DNA from: Octopus bimaculoides
Taxonomy: Eukaryota
Direction of reading: 5' to 3'
DNA: 60,133 nucleotides
Assembly: GCF_001194135.2 (NCBI RefSeq)
Contig: NC_068985.1
Location: 99,929,226-99,989,358, forward strand
Positions 51,891 through 60,133 of the stretch are shown here, piece after piece. Position numbers and translations under genes: made by a program. Numbering within the stretch: the stretch's first letter is position 1; each line of letters opens with the position of its first letter. The notes beneath the pieces are model-generated. The model did not search any database and was not told the origin of the DNA. It saw only the letters and a list, made by a program, of their open reading frames with translations.

Positions 51891-53383
51891 GTATACTATA
51901 CCACCAATGACTATAAAACTTATACCATTGACCGGGAGGAATTTCCCTCTAGCAGTATGCAAATTAGAGAATGGGAAGGTACTCGACAACGAATTATTAT
52001 TTGTATACAACTACAAGAGTCTGGCATTTTGCAGGAAATCATTAACATGCATATTCTAAAGAACTATAGAATGACAGGTTGTTATCCTAATTGACTTGCT
52101 ATACACAGACGAATCTTATAGCCAAGAATGAATCCACCGAGTGGGCAGAATACTAAAGTCCATTGCTTGCCTAATTATTATGTGCAAATTGTGCACAAGC
52201 TGCCTTAACAAATTACTCCAGGATCATTTTGAGTCGAAAAACAGTGACTGATGAGCAGAGAAGCGGAAAGAAGGGAGTGTGGGGGAAAAAGCTGCAGTGC
52301 CTGAAGCAAGAAGACAGTAGAAATAATGCAGCATTATGACTTTATTATAGGAGGGATTTGATAGTATTCCCCACTCATGGCTGCAGAGGTATTTACATTT
52401 TTCAAGTGTGTCTGCTACCTTAATCGTTGCAGCTGAGAGACTCAGAAAGACCTGGGTAACAATTCTCACTCTTACAACTCAGAGTTATAAGTTAACCTCC
52501 AATATTATAAATATTTCAAAAGGTATAATCCAAGTGGATATTTTTTTTCAGTAATTCTAACCATTGTGGCATTAATTTCATTATTATTCCTCTTACCAAA
52601 TCAGATGATTACATGCTAGGTTTTGCAACTGCTAGGGATATTAATATAACCAATACTTTCTTCTGTGTTTAAAATTCCAAAATAAATAGCTGGAGTTAAT
52701 AACATTTTCAGATGACGTTGGAATATAAGTCGGCTAATACAAATGTTCGTATTTGATTTTTGGGCGTTCCCCAGGCCTAAGATTCTGCGTCGTCTGTCTC
52801 ACTATTTCTCCTGTTCAATACAATGAATGGTAATAATACATTGGCTTTGATGAAAGCATATAATACGAACGTCCTGTGAATAAATTTAGAATGACCTGAG
52901 AATATTATACCAGAGTTAGGAAAGTACGGCAGTCAGATCTTTTTCTTTGTAGAACAAGATAATATCCTATAAATCATTTGCTGTATCATTATTGACTCTA
53001 ACATTTGAAATACTTGACAGGTCTGTTGGGGAAATTCACTCTATAGTCATTGAAACGGACAATATCTTGACATCAACTGAAAATTTCCAGCTTCTACCTA
53101 CGAAGATATGAAGGAGGTAGGGGACTGAGATCAGAGCTGACAGCTGTCGAATGTTTTAAAGTCTTTCTGAGATAGCACTTGCTAAACAACAGTAGCAAAT
53201 AGTGATACACAGACAGTGCTGAAAAGCGAAGAGAATAGCATCCACCGTGTTGGTAGCGAACTCCAATACAATTCCAAATAGCCAGACTAACAAATCTCAG
53301 AGTGCACCTTGCTAGGAAATTATGAGATTACCCAAAACAAAAAAGGACTGTACATGTAAATGTTTTTTTCTGCCATAGGGTTA

Positions 53384-53526
53384 TTCATTTACAGCTGACT
53401 GGCCTGGAGCGACGTGAAACAAAATGTTTTGCTCAAGAATTTAACGTGTCTCGTAGCTCAAGAATCGGACCTACGTTCTAGCAATCCCGACTGCAACGTT
53501 CAAACCACTAGGCAACGCACCTTCAC
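53384..53526 (-). mobile_element. Degraded head of SINE family A1
   Basis: cagctgactggcctggagcgacgtgaaac..atgttttgctcaag...gaatcggacc...aaaccactaggcaacgcaccttcac parallels 796-923. Confidence 0.7.
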
Positions 53527-56497
53527 GAATAGAATATACACTTTTAACATTTCTTTTTATATGTACTATACTGATCTTGAAAATGTCTGGTCATTTGTAA
53601 CAATGTATAGAACCATTTCATTAGAGATTTTTTATTGAATCGTCAGCACCTCATGACTCGAGGGAAATAAAGGAAGCTATGTTACGTATTCTACAAAGTT
53701 ACTCAATTCAAATACAGAGAAAATAACTTACAGTTCAAAAGGCATTAAAGGGATGGGTTATTTTCTATCTCATCATAGATCTGACATTGAAACATACACA
53801 CACAGACACATGCAAACACATGAACACGCCGGCACATACACCCACCTCTGTATTGTTTTACAATATCTTAAAATTGTTTTTATTTCTCTTTCATTTCAAT
53901 TTTCCATGTTGTTCTCTCTGATACTCTTCACCTCTCTCCTGTCTCTCTTGACAGTAATAATTTTCTCCTTACTTTCCAGACATCGTTTCGTGTTCTATCA
54001 TACACGCTTCTGCCATATTTTTCTGCAATGAAGCGTACTGTCTATAAAGTTACACGCTATTTTGTTGCAACTCACATCAAATATATAACACTTCAGTCGT
54101 AATTTGTTGTCGAGTCGTTGCAGAATATTTAATCTACAGTTGAACAAAATTCATTCATATTTGTATTAATGATACCATAATAAATATTCCTGTAGATTGA
54201 TGTTTCATAATAACAAGTTTCCACTTTCATGCTTGTAACATTATTGCATTCGGACGCAAAATCCAAGGAAACTAGCTTTGGTCTGCGTCGTAGAAAATTG
54301 AATTGATCTGGTATAAAAAGAATATATTCCACTATTTCCATCTCATTCGGAAAGGGAAAACAGAGGCTAATATCATTGTAATAGAAAACAATGACAAAAG
54401 AAAGAGATGAGTGAGTATTGTGGATTACTAGAGCTAGGGAGAGGGCATAAATATATCAAGGTGTAATATAGATCAGGACAGGCACTCTGCATTAGTGAAA
54501 TACCGGAGTGGGCTATGAGTTATTCTAGTATAATCAAGGTTAATGTCAATTAGCTAGAAGAGGTGAGGGATAAGTCAATTGGTGTACAGAGGAAGAAGTC
54601 CCGTGTCCGTCTGTGAACAAGGAAAAAAATTACAGTTGAAAAAATCATGCAACACCAAAAGAAGTAAAGGTAACTGGATGCGAGGAAATAAGAGAAGTGG
54701 CGAGAGTGAGAAAAGAAAAGTAACGTTCTTTTACATGCAGCTGTTGACAGAATACTTTTGTGTTATTTTAAGGAAGTAAAATTCGGACAAGAAACAAAAC
54801 TGCATTTTAGATTTAAAATATATGAGCCGAATTCAGTTAGAAACCTGAAGCAGCGAAATGTCCAATTACTTTTTTATGTTGAGAAGAAAATTATGTATCT
54901 GTGTAGGGAACAACAGATTTAGCAGTAATATGAATAAATACAGGCGTGGACAAATAAAGTCTGGCGGGAAGAAAAGTGACATTATATATTTGAATAAAAG
55001 ATAACAGATTAAAAAATTATTTGAAATCCGTTTATTTTTATTGCAGACCAATTGTCATATATTTGAGGGGTTGGTAAGTGGGCTATTGTAATGTTCTTAC
55101 ATTTCTTTCGGTTATTGACTCCGTTAATGAGGTGAAAAGCATTATTCCGAATTAGACATCTACCATGCTTCGTGTTAGCGTTTACATTTTGCTCTTACTT
55201 TATTCACTAATCTTACTATTAAATGCATTTAAAATGTCACCTATAGTTATCAAGTAGTTTATTCCACTTTCCATTATGTTGTTTCACTATTTGTAGATAA
55301 TCATTATACGTTATACAACTAATGCACAAGCATTAACGACACGAGCTCTGTTATGTGTGGATGCCTTCTTCCCAAAATCAGTCTTTTAGGCACACTGAGA
55401 GCATTTCTGAAATCTTAATGATTCACGCCGCAACACTAATTATGACAATCAAACATTAAAGTGGCCGAATTTGGTCTCAAACTGTGACTATATCAAATTC
55501 GAGCTAATTGAATTAGTGGATTCTAATGCGATAAGCTAATCAAATTACTGATTTAGTAAATTGTAATTAATTTTCTCAGCGGAATGCAATATCTTGTCAT
55601 TTAAATATTATTTCTTTAGAATTCTGTAAATTTCAGTTATCACTATTATTATTTTATGACACAGTGACCCTTGAAGTGCATAATCCACTTGTCAAGTAGA
55701 AATATATATATATAAACTATTTATCCGTTAAATAAACATCGCTTATAAATCTATTTTATACGCACAGATATTGTGTGAGTTTTCGCATTGTTAATAAACC
55801 CCAAAAGTGATTTAGCAATATCTACTCTACGAATATTCAAAATTGTTCTTGAAAATATATATATAGTAAATCAGGAGATCCATAAACAGATACGGGTTTT
55901 CATTGAGAGATACTGAGTTATTTCACATACCACAGAATATAAAACTGTCTAGAATTGATGTAATAATATTAAAGAAGATAAAACGAAAATATTTGCCACG
56001 TATATTGGAAACTAAATTTTGAAGTAAAACATATGTTTTCAAGGGAATAAGTACCTATAACTTATTAAATCTGTATATGTATATATATATATATATTATC
56101 CACAACGTGTCAGCCATATTCCAAAAAGCTTCTTAGACATAACTAATTTTATGCATACAGAGAGGATTCAAAATTAATAAATAATAGAAATTGGTATACA
56201 AAAGGAATGTTTTTATTTCAGCTTACAGCGAATGATATAAAATTTAGTTTCACGAACTTCGAGTGGGCTGCTGTCAAAACTAGTATAATAAGTTTTCTTT
56301 CTTCATAATGTAACTAACTTAAATACAAATGAAACATAAATAGCTTGAAGTGATCTCGTTGTATGTCTTCTTCCACCGAAACCATGGAAAAATTATGTTC
56401 AGCCTGGATTATCATTCTATTTCTGTCATATTCTCTTTTTTTTTAAATTGACATCTTATTAATACGTCTGAAAGAGGAAACGCACACTTAGATGTAA

Positions 56498-56535
<38 letters not shown>

Positions 56536-57785
56536 NNNNNNNNNNNNNNNNNNNNNNNNNNNNNNNNNNNNNNNNNNNNNNNNNNNNNNNNNNNNNNNNN
56601 NNNNNNNNNNNNNNNNNNNNNNNNNNNNNNNNNNNNNNNNNNNNNNNNNNNNNNNNNNNNNNNNNNNNNNNNNNNNNNNNNNNNNNNNNNNNNNNNNNNN
56701 NNNNNNNNNNNNNNNNNNNNNNNNNNNNNNNNNNNNNNNNNNNNNNNNNNNNNNNNNNNNNNNNNNNNNNNNNNNNNNNNNNNNNNNNNNNNNNNNNNNN
56801 NNNNNNNNNNNNNNNNNNNNNNNNNNNNNNNNNNNNNNNNNNNNNNNNNNNNNNNNNNNNNNNNNNNNNNNNNNNNNNNNNNNNNNNNNNNNNNNNNNNN
56901 NNNNNNNNNNNNNNNNNNNNNNNNNNNNNNNNNNNNNNNNNNNNNNNNNNNNNNNNNNNNNNNNNNNNNNNNNNNNNNNNNNNNNNNNNNNNNNNNNNNN
57001 NNNNNNNNNNNNNNNNNNNNNNNNNNNNNNNNNNNNNNNNNNNNNNNNNNNNNNNNNNNNNNNNNNNNNNNNNNNNNNNNNNNNNNNNNNTATATATATA
57101 TATATATATGAATGGTGTGCGTTGATCGTTTTGACTGGGGAAGTAATGGCCAAAATTTTCTGTCACATAGATATTTAAATCAAGTTGGCATGTTCATATC
57201 AAGCAGCATTTTTTAAAGTAAAAGCAAATCACATTTCATATTAAGGGTGTTAAGTAATTTGAATAAGTATAAAATATTAGTTGAATAAACAAAGAAGCCT
57301 ACGCGCGTTATCTTGTCACCGTTTTTCTCACAGCAGCAGAATGTCAACTTGCTTCGCTTTCCTGATATAAGTGTTACATAACAACGTAAGATTATATATA
57401 TCATAGGTATTGTGAATTGACAGAAGCTTAATCTAAGCGTATAACTAATTATTAGCATCTAAAATTATTCGTTATCAGCATTTACCAGAACAAAAAATTG
57501 TTTTCGTGGGATTGTTATCAGGAAAAAAATGTTAAAATATTACACCGAAATGGATGCAACAGCTCGGTTTGCTTCTCTTGCACGGATTTCCGTTGTGTCG
57601 TCTGCCACTGTTTATCGTCTCATACTAATTCCGACAATAAAAGTATGAAGCCTATGAAGTCATAGAGTTTATATTAATTTTACAGATCATTCGAAGGACG
57701 ATCTTATTAAAAAATTAATAATACTGTTTCAATTTTCTTTCTAATAATTATCAGGGAAGATTTGTTTCCGTGGATTTCACGCCTA

Positions 57786-57787
<2 letters not shown>

Positions 57788-57841
<54 letters not shown>
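57788..57841. repeat. (AT)n microsatellite at the 3' flank of the PLE relic
   Basis: Read directly. Confidence 0.97.
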
Positions 57842-57844
<3 letters not shown>

Positions 57845-57937
57845 AGAAGAAATTGGAGGAAAACTAGTAGGAAGGAGTTGGTCGTTTGCGCTAGTAAGCC
57901 ATTAATTAATTAATTAGTAAAGACAAGTGGTAGTAAT

Positions 57938-57999
57938 ACTACATTTACGATCGTTTCTGTGTACCAGTTTTAGTGGTATACATCATCAGAATGCATAGT
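57938..57999 (-). ncRNA. Minimal type I hammerhead ribozyme (PLE-associated)
   Basis: Minus strand: ACTATGCATT-CTGATGA-TGTATACCA ctaaaac TGGTACACA-GAAA-C GATC G-TA-AATGTAGT. All core nucleotides are present, stem II pairs 8 of 9 bp, stem III is palindromic (ACGATCGT), the cleavage triplet is GUA, and stem I pairs 6 bp. Confidence 0.88.
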
Positions 58000-58920
58000 C
58001 ATATGTAGAGGTAAGAAAAGCGAAAGACATAGGGATTCATTGGTAACGAGAATAACGACAAAGAATGGTGAGTCTTATGTTATAGTAGATTTGATAGTTA
58101 ATAATTCTGGTGCGAAGTGGATGTAGGATGGAGGTTGTTTTGATCTGTAGTCCAAAGTTTAAGTAAGCGCATATTTTCCACGTGTTTATTCTGGCTAGAC
58201 TTTTCACTGGCGGTGTAAAGAAAGGGGGTTAACTCTAACTCATGATTAAAAGGGTGTTAAGTCTATCTGGAATACTCAGTCTGGAGTGAGTAAGGAATTT
58301 ATGTGTCTTTTGGACTTAAAGTTGTAGGAAGTTCGAAGTAATGGAGGAAGCCCGGTGTAGGTGTAAAATAGTTTATTATGGGCTGTGGAAAGCAAGTGGG
58401 CGTTGGGAAGTGAATGTCTGAGAGTAAATAGTTTAAGTTGTTCCCGGTTAAATGCGATTATTTAGATGAAGATGCTAGCGTACGATTTGTACAGGGTGAA
58501 GCGGGTTTACCGATACTTGGAAAAGACAAAGAGGACTATATGCACACACACAAAGAAAACTGTTCTCATATTTTCTATAAAGAAGAGGCGGTTTAGCCTT
58601 TAGAATGTCCAGGAGTTCGGTTAAACAGAGATCACACCGTCTATTGGTAGAGTTATAAGCAAATGTCTTTGCGAGTTTGCGCCATTCTAATCTATATTCT
58701 ACTTTTTTGTCCTTAAGCTCCCAGATATAGCTACTAAGCCCTGTTGAATTTGCCTTACACTTATTTCTGAAGTCAGGATGGGTGTGCATTGTACCTAAGT
58801 ATCATTTGGTTTTTCGTAGCTCCTATATGGGATTTTATATGGCTATTTGTGTGTACGTCATATTGGTAAACTACATTTCTAATTTTACATCTATTCGAGA
58901 ACTTACGGAGACAATAATTA
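57938..58920 (-). mobile_element. Penelope-like element 3' relic: GIY-YIG endonuclease end, 3' region and hammerhead
   Basis: YCLRKFSNRCKIRNVVYQ...HIGATKNQMILRYNAH (frameshift near 58775) DFRNKCKANSTGLSSYIWELKDKKVEYRLEWRKLAK...YNSTNRRCDLCLTE..ILKA matches the recalled PLE EN pattern VY..YIG...RY..H..F..NST.LS.YIW.LK...C.LC..E. Confidence 0.88.
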
Positions 58921-59073
58921 AACATCACCTGAGGAAATACAACTAGATCTCGAAATTCAGGAATGTGGTTGCATAATCAAGTATATAGACGCTTGGAGAA
59001 TTGTGTTGCGTGGAAACAATTCTAGTGATTAAAAAATAAATGTGAAAACCTTCTTGTTGACTCCAGGTTTATC

Positions 59074-59110
<37 letters not shown>

Positions 59111-59663
59111 NNNNNNNNNNNNNNNNNNNNNNNNNNNNNNNNNNNNNNNNNNNNNNNNNNNNNNNNNNNNNNNNNNNNNNNNNNNNNNNNNNNNNNNNNN
59201 NNNNNNNNNNNNNNNNNNNNNNNNNNNNNNNNNNNNNNNNNNNNNNNNNNNNNNNNNNNNNNNNNNNNNNNNNNNNNNNNNNNNNNNNNNNNNNNNNNNN
59301 NNNNNNNNNNNAGAGAGAGAGAGAAAGACTCATAGAGAGCGAGAGGTGCGAGACGAAAATTATCAAGACTTTTCTCAAGTTGAATATATGACAATGTTTT
59401 CTATATGTTCATTCTAACAATGGAAATTTGAATCTTTGTTATAAACCAGATGATACCCAGAGGAGGAATTTAATTGTTAAAAGCAGAACAGTACATATAT
59501 AGCACATATAAATTTATAACTACGACATTTCTATGCAACAGGTGAGTGGAATTTCTTGCTCCAGGTGAGTCTTCACATCGACCTTTAAATACGAAGGAGA
59601 ATTCAAGTACCTGAAAGGTTAGAATTTATTTTAAGCGAACAGAAAATTAAATCCACATATAAG

Positions 59664-59810
59664 AGTAGGTGCGACTCTGGTAAAAAGCTTGCTTCCCAAC
59701 TACATGATTTCAGGTTCATTCCCACTGCGTGACCTCTTCATCAAGTATCTTTTACTATAACCATGGGCCGACCAAAATCTTGTGATTGACCGACGAAATA
59801 AATACTTGGG
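59664..59810 (+). mobile_element. Degraded SINE family C 5' half
   Basis: ctggtaaaaagcttgcttcccaactacatgatttcaggttcattcccactgcgtgacc...actataacc.tgggccgaccaaaatcttgtga matches the family C head. Confidence 0.75.
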
Positions 59811-59940
59811 TTTAAAAAGAAAGTATTGTCTAACACACATACACACAAACAAGGACACAAACCCATGCGTACATAGGGATATACATCTGAGGAGAACATG
59901 ATGGAGTAAGTTGAGTAAGGCCTCACACGAACAAGGAAAG

Positions 59941-59985
59941 TGTCGCTGAAGAGGTCACAAACGTGTGACGAAAGATTTCCGAACA
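59941..59985 (+). ncRNA. Minimal type I hammerhead ribozyme-like motif, near intact
   Basis: TGTCG-CTGAAGA-g-GTCACA aacg TGTGAC-GAAA-GATT-TC-CGA(A)CA. The core is conserved with one extra nucleotide before stem II, stem II is a perfect 6 bp, the cleavage triplet is UUC, and stem I is 5 bp with a bulge. Confidence 0.7.
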
Positions 59986-60099
59986 ATGGACATGAGATAA
60001 ATAAAAAAAAAAACCAGAACAGTAGTAAACGAGTGAAGAACAAATATATATATAGTGAGTGTGTTTATTTGGCAAGAAAAAAAATGACCATCCAGCAAT

Positions 60100-60133
<34 letters not shown>

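Larger units (their letters stand above)
3645..59311. other. 15 assembly gaps (N runs) scattered over this interval
   Basis: 3645-4072, 7531-7740, 10212-10509, 17338-17896, 23390-23541, 25681-26370, 27788-27987, 31260-31573, 35411-35420, 36989-36998, 38452-39128, 39973-40503, 51768-51777, 56536-57090, 59111-59311. Confidence 0.99.

Noticed and set aside
52248-52275. CTGATGAGCAGAGAAGCGGAAAG hammerhead-like string
   Set aside because: Only a 2-bp stem II, wrong register, and no stem III or NUH.
58929-58962. CCTGAGGA...CTCGAAATTCAGG next to the PLE relic
   Set aside because: Helices flanking the core cannot form; only a 5-bp inverted repeat.
3534-59394. Long ORF-track entries rich in X, YI, CV, HT or LS runs
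   Set aside because: They are translations of N-gaps and dinucleotide microsatellites, not genes.

Overview
AT-rich eukaryotic genomic DNA, apparently intronic or intergenic, with 15 N-gaps that are almost all flanked by (TA)n, (CA)n or (GA)n microsatellites. The repeat content looks like an octopus (coleoid cephalopod) nuclear genome; this comes from recall of the SINE sequences and was not verified by search. No protein-coding gene can be named with confidence, and most ORF-track entries are microsatellite or gap artefacts. Supported features: about 23 copies of three tRNA-headed SINE families (four with visible target-site duplications, and modular head/tail swaps between subfamilies); a decayed DD34D mariner transposase; a small mariner-type MITE; two Penelope-like element (PLE) relics; and a 3 x 60 bp minisatellite inside a GC-rich LTR-like unit. 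The most notable observation is three different hammerhead ribozyme motifs. One is an apparently intact minimal type I motif directly downstream of a PLE GIY-YIG relic (57938-57999, minus). One is a near-intact orphan (59941-59985, plus). One is degenerate (28841-28920, minus). A chain of phase-compatible candidate exons on the minus strand is reported only as a low-confidence hypothesis.
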